A DNA stretch of 64,000 nt from contig JAVBNN010000003.1 in assembly GCA_031551525.1 (NCBI GenBank), positions 8,029 to 72,028 on the forward strand. Reading direction: 5' to 3'. The translations under genes and the position numbers were made by a program. This DNA is from Acidaminococcales bacterium. GTDB lineage: Bacteria > Bacillota > Negativicutes > Acidaminococcales > JAISLQ01. The notes beneath the pieces were generated by a model that saw only the letters and a list, made by a program, of their open reading frames with translations, searched no databases and was not told the origin of the DNA. This document shows, in pieces, positions 37,828 through 46,576 of this stretch. How positions within the stretch are numbered: position 1 is the stretch's first letter; every line of letters starts with the position of its first letter.

Positions 37828-39033
37828 ATGCAAAAAATAACCGGTATAATCGCTGAATACAACCCTTTTCACAACGGTCATGCCTGGCAGATAGCTGAAA
37901 TAAAAAGACGACTGGGAGAAACACTGGTGGTAGCCGTTATGAGCGGACACTTTACTCAGCGCGGAGAGCCTGCTATAGGTGGCAAGTGGTTGCGCGCGGA
38001 GGCCGCCGTCCGCGGCGGGGCCGACCTGGTGCTGGAGTTGCCCTTTATTTTCGCTTGCCGCAGCGCGGAGTATTTTGCCCGCGGCGGAGTTGGCATACTC
38101 AACGCGACCGGCATAGTCAGCCATTTGTGCTTTGGTGCCGAAACCGCCGACCTTTCTCTTTTACAAAAAATTGCTGTACAAAGTTTGCAGCCGGATTTTA
38201 TCGTTAGGGCAAAAGAAAAAATGCGCACCGGCTGTACCTATGCCAGGGCGTTGTCTGAACTCTTTTCATCCGAGCTGGGTGTCCCCGAAGAAGTAATCCG
38301 TGGAGCCAACAACATTCTGGCAGTGGAGTACCTCAAAGCGCTTACGGTCTTGCAATCTCCCATCCAGCCGCTGGCTATCGAAAGGCAAGCCGCAGGACAT
38401 CTCGACGGGGAAATATCCAGCAGTATAGCCAGCGCCACTGCCATCAGACGGGAAATGCAAAAATACGGTTTGAGCGAAAAATCCTGCCGGGCAATGCCGA
38501 AAGACAGCGCTAAGTTGCTGGCGTCCGCCCAAGAAGCCGGACAGCTTTTACTTGACGGCAAACTTTTGCAAAGCCTGCTGCTTTACCGTATACGCCAGCT
38601 CAGCCCGGAACAGATAAAGGGATTTTCCGATTGCAGCGAAGGGCTGGAATACCGCCTGAAAAAAACCGCCGCCACTTCGGCTACGTTGGAAGAACTTGTC
38701 TTAGCGGCAAAGAGCCGCCGTTATCCGGCAACCCGGATACAAAGGATACTCTCACAGCTCCTGGTGCTGAACGCGCCTTCTTTTAGCGCGCCGCTGCCAC
38801 CTTACTTGCGCGTGTTGGCATTTAACGCACAGGGACGTGAATTGATAAAAAAAATACGGTCTGTGACCGTATTTCCAGTGATAGGCAATTTGCCCGATTA
38901 TGCAAGTGATGGATGCCCACACAGCCAGTTATGCCTGGCTGCCGACATAAACGCTACAGATATATACCAGCTGCTGCTGGGAAAAAACCTGACCGGCCTC
39001 GATTATCTAAAACCACCAGTCTATGTGGGTTAA
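37828..39033 (+). CDS. tmcAL: nucleotidyltransferase family protein, tRNA(Met) cytidine acetate ligase-like (YlbM/TmcAL)
   Basis: 401 aa. GIIAEYNPFHNGHAWQI (HxGH-type nucleotidyltransferase motif), SGHFTQRGEPA. One of only two protein-coding genes on the + strand, the other being 40754-42412. Confidence 0.8.
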   Translation: MQKITGIIAEYNPFHNGHAWQIAEIKRRLGETLVVAVMSGHFTQRGEPAIGGKWLRAEAAVRGGADLVLELPFIFACRSAEYFARGGVGILNATGIVSHLCFGAETADLSLLQKIAVQSLQPDFIVRAKEKMRTGCTYARALSELFSSELGVPEEVIRGANNILAVEYLKALTVLQSPIQPLAIERQAAGHLDGEISSSIASATAIRREMQKYGLSEKSCRAMPKDSAKLLASAQEAGQLLLDGKLLQSLLLYRIRQLSPEQIKGFSDCSEGLEYRLKKTAATSATLEELVLAAKSRRYPATRIQRILSQLLVLNAPSFSAPLPPYLRVLAFNAQGRELIKKIRSVTVFPVIGNLPDYASDGCPHSQLCLAADINATDIYQLLLGKNLTGLDYLKPPVYVG

Positions 39034-39593
39034 TATTCTCCCCGGGACTTTTTGGCAAGCACTTCCTTGCTTTGCCCCAAAGACTCGCCTACTTTGTCCA
39101 TGGTTCCCTCAAGGTATTCAAAAACCTCTTTTACATAGGTCATGGTTTCTTCGTGCATGTTGTTGGCAAAATCGACCGCTTTGGTATGCATTTCTTGTAT
39201 TTCCTTGTCGGCAACCTCACGCAGTTCGTATACTTCCCGTTCGGTAGCCGTCCGCAGTTCATAAGCTTCCTGGTTAGCGGCATCCATTATTTCCTTGGCG
39301 CGTTCCTGGGCCTGTTTTACTATTTCTTCTTCCATGACGAGTTTTTCCGCCACGACTTCGGCCTGCCTTATGATGCGCTGTTTTTCTTCCATCGCTTCAT
39401 TTATGCGGCGCTCGCGGTCGTTCAAAAGTTGCCTGGCCTGTTTTATCTCGAGCGGTATGGAAGTCCTGATGGCGTCCATGATCTGCCCCAGTTTCTCTTC
39501 ATCCACTATACGTTTATTTGTAAACGGAACACCTGAAGCGTCCATCATCATATTTTCCAATTCGTCAAGTATCCGTTCAAGTTCCATAATCAA
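39030..39593 (-). CDS. coiled-coil protein of unknown function (ATP-synthase-b/DivIVA-like heptads)
   Basis: 187 aa, charged and helical (EEKQRIIRQAEVVAEKLVMEEEIVKQAQERAKEIMDAANQEAYELR...). No catalytic motif. Its stop shares the TTAA tetranucleotide with the convergent tmcAL stop. Confidence 0.4.
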   Translation of the reverse strand: MIMELERILDELENMMMDASGVPFTNKRIVDEEKLGQIMDAIRTSIPLEIKQARQLLNDRERRINEAMEEKQRIIRQAEVVAEKLVMEEEIVKQAQERAKEIMDAANQEAYELRTATEREVYELREVADKEIQEMHTKAVDFANNMHEETMTYVKEVFEYLEGTMDKVGESLGQSKEVLAKKSRGEY

Positions 39594-39646
39594 TAATCCC
39601 CCCGTCGCTTATTTGTTCGCCACGACTTATATTTGCGGTACAAATC

Positions 39647-40132
39647 TCACGGCTGTACCTGTTTTTCTTTTATCTTTTTTTCCACACACTCCGGCACCAA
39701 CTCACTGACGCAACCGCCAAAAGCCAGTATTTCCCTGACGCCGGTCGAACTCAAAAAGGAATAGTCCGTGCCGGTCATCATAAAGATAGTCTCTATGTCA
39801 GGATCCAGCTTTTTTATCATCAAAGCCCGCTGGAATTCGTATTCGAAATCAGTCAGGGCGCGCAGGCCGCGCAAAACCACATTGGCGTTTTGCCCACGCA
39901 CATATTCATGCAACAGTCCTGTAAATGCGTCAACCTTTATATTCGCTATGTCCCGGGTACATTCCTGCAACATGTCCACTCTTTCTTGCATGGAAAACAT
40001 TGCTTTTTCCTTGTTTGGGTTATGAAAGACAGCAACAACGATCTCGTCGAACATTTCCGACGCCCGCTGAAAAATATCCAGATGCCCATTGGTTACCGGG
40101 TCAAAACTGCCTGGACATATTACTTTTCGCAC
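39647..40132 (-). CDS. coaD: phosphopantetheine adenylyltransferase
   Basis: Start set to GTG 40132 (MRKVICPGSFDPVTNGHLDI, T/HxGH motif); the track start is an upstream TTG at 40147. Confidence 0.93.
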   Translation of the reverse strand: MRKVICPGSFDPVTNGHLDIFQRASEMFDEIVVAVFHNPNKEKAMFSMQERVDMLQECTRDIANIKVDAFTGLLHEYVRGQNANVVLRGLRALTDFEYEFQRALMIKKLDPDIETIFMMTGTDYSFLSSTGVREILAFGGCVSELVPECVEKKIKEKQVQP

Positions 40133-40150
40133 TATTTGTCCCCCCAAGAT

Positions 40151-40702
40151 TTATTCTGCTGCTACAAAAAAAGACAAGCTTGTTTCACCGTATTTTTCCA
40201 TGCGCCATAAAGATATTCCTTCCGGCGGAGAAAATTTTTCGTGTTTGGAGTGTTCAAGAACAAGTATACCATTTTTTTCCAGGATGTTGTATTTTTTTAA
40301 CTGGCTGAGTATAACCTCACACCAGCCCCGCCCATACGGCGGATCGCAAAATATCAGTTCAAAACGCCTGGCTTGCCTGAAAAAAGCGGCAATTGACTTA
40401 GCCGCGTCGCTGCGATATATTTTTATTTGACTGGCCGCTTTTGCCTTTTCAATATTCTTTTGGATAAACTTTAAGCTGGTGTCGTCATCATCCACGCAGA
40501 TCACTTCAAAAGCGCCCCGGCTCCAGGCCTCCAAGCCAAGGTTGCCGCTGCCGGAAAACAGGTCGAGCACTTTAGCTCCGTCCAGTCGGTCAGCCAAAAT
40601 ATTGAACAGCGACTCTTTGACCCGGTCGCCAGTCGGCCTCACATAGAGCCCTTCCGGCGCGACCAGTTTAAGCCCTCTGGCCCGGCCTGCTATTATCCTC
40701 AT
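40151..40702 (-). CDS. rsmD: 16S rRNA (guanine966-N2)-methyltransferase
   Basis: 183 aa. MRIIAG...RPTGDRVKESLFNIL, LDLFSGSGNLGLEA, the DPPY catalytic motif. Confidence 0.9.
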   Translation of the reverse strand: MRIIAGRARGLKLVAPEGLYVRPTGDRVKESLFNILADRLDGAKVLDLFSGSGNLGLEAWSRGAFEVICVDDDDTSLKFIQKNIEKAKAASQIKIYRSDAAKSIAAFFRQARRFELIFCDPPYGRGWCEVILSQLKKYNILEKNGILVLEHSKHEKFSPPEGISLWRMEKYGETSLSFFVAAE

Positions 40703-40753
40703 AAAAATCCCCCGGATTTATGTTAGCCCCATCATTGACGCGAGGCGGGTATT

Positions 40754-42412
40754 ATGAAATATTCAGTAAAAATTTTTGCCGCCATTTTAATACTAGCTTT
40801 ACTATTATACAATAATTTTTTTCTAAATTGTGTATTTTTCTATACGAAAGAAAATAAACCTGTACCGGTAACCTTGTCTAAAGGAAAACCGCTGGGCAGT
40901 GTCTTGTTTTTGCCTCTCGACAGTCGCCCGCCCTGTCTTTTCTTTGTCACCGCACTGGGTAGTATGAGCGGGTGGAATATACTATCTCCGCCACCAGCGC
41001 TGCTCGATAACTACTACCAGCCGGCCGATTATTACGCGCTCCGGCAGTGGGCCTTTACGCGAGCGCCTTCGGCTGACGCCGCCATAGTATCGCTTGACAT
41101 GTTCACCTATGGCGGCCTTATCGCGTCACGGCGCGGACAAATAAACGCCCTCGAAATGCAAAGCGCGCTCAAGGGGATCGAGTTTTTAGCGGGGCGGCAG
41201 AAAGAGCTTTATGCTTTTGCCATCATTCCCCGTCTTTTGATCGCCGAAGACGACGCTACCAAGCTTTGGCAATACCATATGATGGTCTATTCGACGAAAA
41301 AAGATATGGAAGATACTTTTGGCAATCCGGCCGACTTTGCCCGCATGCAGGCAATGCTTTCCCGCCTGCCGCCCGAATTGATAGAACGATTTAACGCTCT
41401 ATATGAAAAGAACGATGCTTTCAACCATAAGTTGGCCCAAACCGCAACGCGTGGCATTTTCCGCCAACTGTCCGTCGGCCAGGACGATGGGCAGCCTTTT
41501 GGCAGACCCAATGCCAATATGCACAAGCTGGCGGAATACTGCCGTGGTCTCAAAAATACGCATTTGACACAAGGCGCCGACGAAATAGCCATGTTGCAGC
41601 TAGCCTGCCTGTCTAGCCAAAAAACCGGCTTTTCGCCCAAAATAAAAGTAGTCTACTCTCACCCCAGCGTGCCTGACCTCGTAATGCACTTCATGCCGAT
41701 AACGGTAGAGGAGACTGTACGGGAAAAGATAGCTCTGTTAAACGGCCAAAAAACAGAAAAGACTGAAGATGCCGACTTTGTCCTCTTTGTGCATTGCGGC
41801 AGTAGTGAAACAGGCTTCCTGCTGGGAGAAATAGCGGAAAAAGCCATTGCCCTGGCCGGGCAAAAACCACTGGCGCTCATCGATTTGAGCGCGAATTTCA
41901 ATCGGCACGAGACTATACTAGGCAACCTACTCGATAAGAGTTTCCCCCTCGCCTCGCTAGCCGCCTATGCCGGCTGGAACACCAGCAGCAACTCTATAGG
42001 TACAGCGCTCTCGCAAGCCGCGTTATTCATCAATCGAAAAAACTCCTTGGATAAACAATATTGGCCGCAACTGTACCGGGAAAATTTCGAATTTACTATT
42101 GCCCGCGTTCTTGACGACTGGCTGTATCAAAAAAACGTACAGGACTCGGTAAACGATTACCTGCGCTGGAAGGGCATAGACCCCTACCGACTGGGCGTTG
42201 AAAAAAATTACGCCCTCGAAAAGATACGTTGGCGCATGTACCTGCCGCAGCGCAAGATGTTTTACGGCAATATCGGCAAATATCCTTTTTACCAGGACAG
42301 CAGCGGTGACTACTATGTGACCGCCCTTGATGCAGAGGTGACACTGCCCTGGGAGCGCACTTTTGAAATAGCGCTCAGTGTAAAAACACAAGTCGGAAGA
42401 GTAGAGAACTAA
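40754..42412 (+). CDS. hypothetical membrane-anchored protein, possibly DUF4127 family
   Basis: 552 aa. N-terminal TM (IFAAILILALLLYNNFFL), then LFLPLDSRPPC, resembling the remembered DUF4127 N-terminal LPLDxRP motif. No catalytic motif recognised. Confidence 0.4.
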   Translation: MKYSVKIFAAILILALLLYNNFFLNCVFFYTKENKPVPVTLSKGKPLGSVLFLPLDSRPPCLFFVTALGSMSGWNILSPPPALLDNYYQPADYYALRQWAFTRAPSADAAIVSLDMFTYGGLIASRRGQINALEMQSALKGIEFLAGRQKELYAFAIIPRLLIAEDDATKLWQYHMMVYSTKKDMEDTFGNPADFARMQAMLSRLPPELIERFNALYEKNDAFNHKLAQTATRGIFRQLSVGQDDGQPFGRPNANMHKLAEYCRGLKNTHLTQGADEIAMLQLACLSSQKTGFSPKIKVVYSHPSVPDLVMHFMPITVEETVREKIALLNGQKTEKTEDADFVLFVHCGSSETGFLLGEIAEKAIALAGQKPLALIDLSANFNRHETILGNLLDKSFPLASLAAYAGWNTSSNSIGTALSQAALFINRKNSLDKQYWPQLYRENFEFTIARVLDDWLYQKNVQDSVNDYLRWKGIDPYRLGVEKNYALEKIRWRMYLPQRKMFYGNIGKYPFYQDSSGDYYVTALDAEVTLPWERTFEIALSVKTQVGRVEN

Positions 42413-42440
42413 CAGCCTGCGGTAAAAAACCGCAGGCTGT
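42412..42440. terminator. hairpin between convergent genes (bidirectional terminator candidate)
   Basis: ACAGCCUGCGG-UAAAAAA-CCGCAGGCUGU, a perfect 11-bp stem starting at the stop codon of the 40754-42412 gene. Confidence 0.6.
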
Positions 42441-42515
42441 CGTATTACCCTTGAAGGGAAAGCTATAAAATGGCGTCAACTTTTTCAGACCACGTAAAAC
42501 TGGCCATTGTCGTGT

Positions 42516-42887
42516 TCATATTGTCTGTTTGACTTGTTCTACCGAAACAACGAGGACTTTCCTTAGCCAGGGGAATTTTTCTTTCATCAGGTCATATTCC
42601 CGCCCCTCCTGTAAAAAGGCGGCTTTCCCTTCAAGGTAAAAACCCGCGCCCATGCCTTGAGTGCCTTCGACTTCTTTGCTGCCGAAAGTTATTTTTACTT
42701 TGTTCTGTATCGCTGTATCTTTTTCTGTTGAATTCATGCCGGCCGCCGGTATCAGTAACTGATTCGAGCCGAGGATATTTACATACGAGTTCCAGGTGTT
42801 TGTTACGTGCGCTTCTTTACCGTCACAGGTCACTATCGCCACAGCTCCTTCGTGAGCGAGGGTTTCTCTTAATTTTTCATTAAACAT
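42516..42887 (-). CDS. pyridoxamine 5'-phosphate oxidase-like FMN-binding split-barrel protein
   Basis: 123 aa. LAHEGAVAIVTCDGKEAHVTNTWNSYV... resembles small PNPOx-family proteins. Resemblance only. Confidence 0.5.
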   Translation of the reverse strand: MFNEKLRETLAHEGAVAIVTCDGKEAHVTNTWNSYVNILGSNQLLIPAAGMNSTEKDTAIQNKVKITFGSKEVEGTQGMGAGFYLEGKAAFLQEGREYDLMKEKFPWLRKVLVVSVEQVKQTI

Positions 42888-42968
42888 TTTTTTGCTCCTT
42901 TATTTGTATTTATCTGGTAAAAATTTTTACTAAATCGATTTTATAGATTGGATAAATATTATATTGTG

Positions 42969-43001
42969 AAAAACACCGGAAAAGGTTAAATCCTCTTCCG
43001 G
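42969..43001 (-). terminator. intrinsic terminator after the NlpC/P60 gene
   Basis: On the minus strand CCGGAAGAGG-AUUUAA-CCUUUUCCGG (10 bp including one G-U) followed by UGUUUUU. Confidence 0.65.
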
Positions 43002-43055
43002 CGAAAATACCGTTTAACCATATTTTTTGTTGTTAATACAAGGTGTTTCTTGACG

Positions 43056-43886
43056 TTAGAACACCAAGCGCTTGGCGCCGAGGTATCTTTCGACATAATA
43101 GGCCTTGGACAAAGATGTTATGGTGACTTGCGCAGCCGCCGAGCTGGCGTGAATGAAGTTGCCGTCGCCCATGTATATGCCGACGTGCGAGGGGCCCGGC
43201 TCGTATGTTTCAAAGAAAACCAGGTCGCCGGCTTGGAGGTTTTGCCGCTGTACAGGTATGCCGACAGTAAACTGCCCATCCGCCATGCGCGGTATCTGCA
43301 TGCCCCGCATAGCGAATATATAGTAAATATAGCCCGAGCAGTCAAAGCCGCCCGGCGCCGCACCGCCCCAAACGTATGGAGTGCCAAGGAAACTCTTTGC
43401 CGCCGCCAGCACTTCCAGCCCGCCGCGCGAGAATCCGCGCGACGCGTCAACTGCCGGCGGTTTGGCTATCTTTTCTTTAGGCAGGTTAAGCGCGGCGATG
43501 GTCGCCTCGCCCACGATGCCGTCGGTATTCAAATTGTTGGCCGACTGAAAAGTATATACCGCACTAAAAGTTGCGCTGCCAAAATCTCCGTCCAACAGGC
43601 CACGGTAGTAACCGAAATCTTTGAGTTTGTTCTGTACTTTTTCTACTTCCAGCCCTTGCATGCCAAATTTAAGAGCTTTACCGGAATATTTTAAAGGAAG
43701 GGTAGCCGGGTCAGGTTCCGCGGGCTTCTCATCCGCTGCCTTGGGAACTATTTTGACGACAGTTATCGCCGCTGCGTTTTTCGGCTCTTCCTTTTGCTTT
43801 TTGGGGGATGGCGTTTCGGCAAATACGGCCGAACTCATTACAGACAACAACAGGGCCAAAGATAAAACAAACAGCCTATTTTTCAT
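43056..43886 (-). CDS. secreted peptidoglycan endopeptidase: PG-binding domain + NlpC/P60
   Basis: Start moved to ATG 43886 (signal peptide MKNRLFVLSLALLLSVMSSAVFA). PG_binding_1-like LKFGMQGLEVEKVQNKLKDFGYYRGLLDGDFGSATFSAVYTFQ. NlpC/P60 core GTPYVWGGAAPGGFDCSGYI...GDLVFF...HVGIYMG. Confidence 0.85.
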   Translation of the reverse strand: MKNRLFVLSLALLLSVMSSAVFAETPSPKKQKEEPKNAAAITVVKIVPKAADEKPAEPDPATLPLKYSGKALKFGMQGLEVEKVQNKLKDFGYYRGLLDGDFGSATFSAVYTFQSANNLNTDGIVGEATIAALNLPKEKIAKPPAVDASRGFSRGGLEVLAAAKSFLGTPYVWGGAAPGGFDCSGYIYYIFAMRGMQIPRMADGQFTVGIPVQRQNLQAGDLVFFETYEPGPSHVGIYMGDGNFIHASSAAAQVTITSLSKAYYVERYLGAKRLVF

Positions 43887-44037
43887 CGCATCACAGCCTT
43901 CTCTATTATTTTCGCCAAAGGAACACAGATATATCATTATTTTATCACATTTTGCCAAATATTACCAAATAATAAAAAAATTCAGAAAATTACCCTTGTG
44001 CTATTATAAAAAACATATTAAATTCTCGTCAAGTAAA

Positions 44038-44066
44038 TTGACAAAGCCAAAGGCCTGATATATAAT
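44038..44066 (+). promoter_or_regulatory. consensus sigma-70 promoter (TTGACA-17-TATAAT) for tRNA-Pro
   Basis: TTGACA 44038-44043, a 17-nt spacer, TATAAT 44061-44066. The tRNA starts 14 nt downstream. Confidence 0.7.
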
Positions 44067-44079
44067 CATATTTGTTATT

Positions 44080-44156
44080 CGGGGCGTGGCGCAGTTTGGT
44101 AGCGCGCTTGGTTCGGGACTAAGAGGCCGCAGGTTCAAGTCCTGTCGCCCCGACCA
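44080..44156 (+). tRNA. tRNA-Pro (anticodon CGG)
   Basis: Manual cloverleaf. Acceptor CGGGGCG/CGCCCCG, D-arm GCGC-AGTTTGGTA-GCGC, anticodon stem CTTGG/CTAAG with loop TT-CGG-GA (G37), T-arm GCAGG-TTCAAGT-CCTGT, discriminator A, encoded CCA. 77 nt. Confidence 0.9.
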
Positions 44157-44166
44157 CATCAAACGC

Positions 44167-44206
44167 AAAAAGCATTGCAACTACAGTTGCGGTGCTTTTT
44201 ATTTTT
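44167..44206. terminator. bidirectional intrinsic terminator (tRNA-Pro on + strand, mutS2 on - strand)
   Basis: A5-GCAUUGCAAC-UACA-GUUGCGGUGC-U5AU6. 10-bp stem with A-run and U-run flanks. Confidence 0.75.
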
Positions 44207-46576
44207 TCATTTGAGAAATACGACCGTGGCCCCGCTGCCGCCTTCGTTGAGCGCGGCCAGGGTATGGCTTTTTATCGCGGAGTGTTTGTTGAAATACTGG
44301 ATGAGCCCACTTCTCAAAGCGCCGGTCCCCTTGCCGTGTATTACCCGTACCTGCCCTATCCCGGCGATGAGCGCGTCGTCAATATATTTATCGAGGTCAA
44401 GTATCGCTTCGTCGACCGTCTTGCCCCGCACGTCTATTTCGCTGCTAAAGTCCACCGTCTTGGCCAGTTCCCGGCTGGCTCGCTTGCGTCCGGTTTTAGC
44501 GGTTTCTTTTACACCGGTAGCGTCGGCCAGCACACATTTTGTCATAGGCAGGGTGGTTTTTAAGAGACCTAGTTGGATTATAACGTCTTTCCCGCTGACG
44601 CTTACCACAGTGCCTTTTTGCCTGAGCGACGGGATATATACCCACACACCCGGGCGGGCGGCCTGTTCTGTCAGGGCCTCCCCTGCTATTTCTTCTTCTT
44701 CATCGAAAACCACCGGGGCCAGTTTTTTGCGTGTTTCGTCGATCACTTGCTGGCGCTTTTTACTGCTTTCTTCCTGGTTGAGCGCCTTTATCTCCCTGAT
44801 CGCCGCTTCGGCGTTGAGGCGGGCTTGCCGGGTTATTTCCGCGGTCTCCGTCCGGCATTTGTCGATTATTTCCTGTTTTTTCGCTGCTATTTCCTTTTCT
44901 CTGTTGGCGATCCGGCCTCTAAGTGTTTCCGCTTCCTGCCGCAAACTCGAGAGGGTGGCGTTCTCCTCTGCCAGACGTCGGCGCTCTTCTTCGAGGTCAC
45001 GCAAAAATTCTTCCATCTTTTTGTAGCCGCTGTCGAGGTATCCCCGCGCTTTTTCCACTATGTCCGGCAAGAGGCCCAGCCGCTGGCTGATATGAAATGC
45101 GTTGCTGCTGCCCGGCATACCCATAAGCAGCCGATAAGTCGGCTGGAGCGATACCGTGTCGAACTCCACACTGGCGTTTTGCATGCCGGGAGTCTGGAAG
45201 GCAAAAGTCTTTAGTTCACTGTAATGACTGGTCAAAACTGTAGTAACGCCTTTGTCCTGCAAATGTTCAAGGATAGCCATAGCCAGCGCCGCGCCTTCTC
45301 TCGGATCAGTGCCGGCGCATATTTCGTCGAGGAGGACCAGCGAGTCTTTGCCCGCTTTGTTCAATATGCCGACCAGATTGTTTATCTGGCCGGAAAAGGT
45401 GCTCAGGCTCTGTTCTATGCTTTGTTCGTCGCCAATATCGGCATAAATGTTTTTAAAAACCGGCATGATGCTATCCGTCCGGGTAGGCAAAAACAGGCCG
45501 GACTGGCACATTAGGGCAAACAGGCCGATGATCTTGAGCGTGACCGTCTTGCCGCCGGCGTTAGAGCCGGTGATGAGAAGTGTGCGCACCTCCCCGCCTG
45601 CTTTCACGTCTACCGGCACTACCACCGCCGGGTCGATGAGCGGGTGGCGGCCTTCGATAATATCTAAATGCCCGTCTTTTGAGAGTATGGGCAGCGTGGC
45701 TTTGGTGTCCCGCGCCAGTTTGGCCTTGGCAAAAATCAAGTCGAGCGCGGTCAATACAGTCAGATTTATAGCTATTTCCCCTTGTGACCGTCCGATTTGT
45801 CCCGACAGGAGACGGAGTATGCGCTCCACTTCTTCTTTTTCTTCCGATAGCATGCGTTTTACGTCATTATTGAGTTCCACGACGGACAGCGGTTCAATAA
45901 AAACCGTCGCGCCACTGCCCGACTGGTCGTGCACTATACCGGGGAAAAACTGGCGATATTCCTGTTTTACCGGTATAACATAACGCCCGTTTCTCATTGT
46001 TACCAGCTGTTCCTGAAAATATCTCTGGTATTCGCTGGAACGCAGTATGTTTTCCAGTTTTTCCTTCACCCTGTTTTGCGACACCCTGATGTCACGGCGC
46101 AAACGGGCCAGTTCCGGCGAAGCGTTGTCCTGTACTACGAGGTTATCTGAAATGGTATTTTCTATCGTTTGTTCCAAATGGCGCAATACGGTTATCTCGG
46201 CGGTTTTTTCCGCCAGGAGCGGTGCTTTTTCCAGCAACGGCAAGAAAAATTCCCGCACTCTGCGCGAGGCATAGAGAAAATTGCCTACCGCTCTTATACG
46301 GTCAGGCTCCAATACCGCCCCGACTTTGGCCCGCCCGATATCCGGGCCGACATCTGTCGCTCCGCCAAAGGGCGGCGGCGTGCCTTCATTGGCCAGCAAA
46401 AACGCTTGAGCCGTTTCATCCAGAAGTTGCTGGACGGCTACATGGTCGCTCAACGGCGAAAGTTCCAGCGCGGCTTGTTTACCAAGCGACGTGGCCGCGG
46501 AAAAAGAGAGCATTTCGAGGATTTTCGGGTACTCCAATGTACGCAGTACAGTTTTGTCCATACCGCCGTTTATCAT
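44207..46576 (-). CDS. mutS2: endonuclease MutS2
   Basis: About 789 aa. Walker A ITGSNAGGKTV, DEICAGTDPREG, C-terminal Smr domain (VRVIHGKGTGALR). ATG 46576 sits just inside the GTG track start and overlaps the U32 stop. Confidence 0.95.
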   Translation of the reverse strand: MINGGMDKTVLRTLEYPKILEMLSFSAATSLGKQAALELSPLSDHVAVQQLLDETAQAFLLANEGTPPPFGGATDVGPDIGRAKVGAVLEPDRIRAVGNFLYASRRVREFFLPLLEKAPLLAEKTAEITVLRHLEQTIENTISDNLVVQDNASPELARLRRDIRVSQNRVKEKLENILRSSEYQRYFQEQLVTMRNGRYVIPVKQEYRQFFPGIVHDQSGSGATVFIEPLSVVELNNDVKRMLSEEKEEVERILRLLSGQIGRSQGEIAINLTVLTALDLIFAKAKLARDTKATLPILSKDGHLDIIEGRHPLIDPAVVVPVDVKAGGEVRTLLITGSNAGGKTVTLKIIGLFALMCQSGLFLPTRTDSIMPVFKNIYADIGDEQSIEQSLSTFSGQINNLVGILNKAGKDSLVLLDEICAGTDPREGAALAMAILEHLQDKGVTTVLTSHYSELKTFAFQTPGMQNASVEFDTVSLQPTYRLLMGMPGSSNAFHISQRLGLLPDIVEKARGYLDSGYKKMEEFLRDLEEERRRLAEENATLSSLRQEAETLRGRIANREKEIAAKKQEIIDKCRTETAEITRQARLNAEAAIREIKALNQEESSKKRQQVIDETRKKLAPVVFDEEEEIAGEALTEQAARPGVWVYIPSLRQKGTVVSVSGKDVIIQLGLLKTTLPMTKCVLADATGVKETAKTGRKRASRELAKTVDFSSEIDVRGKTVDEAILDLDKYIDDALIAGIGQVRVIHGKGTGALRSGLIQYFNKHSAIKSHTLAALNEGGSGATVVFLK

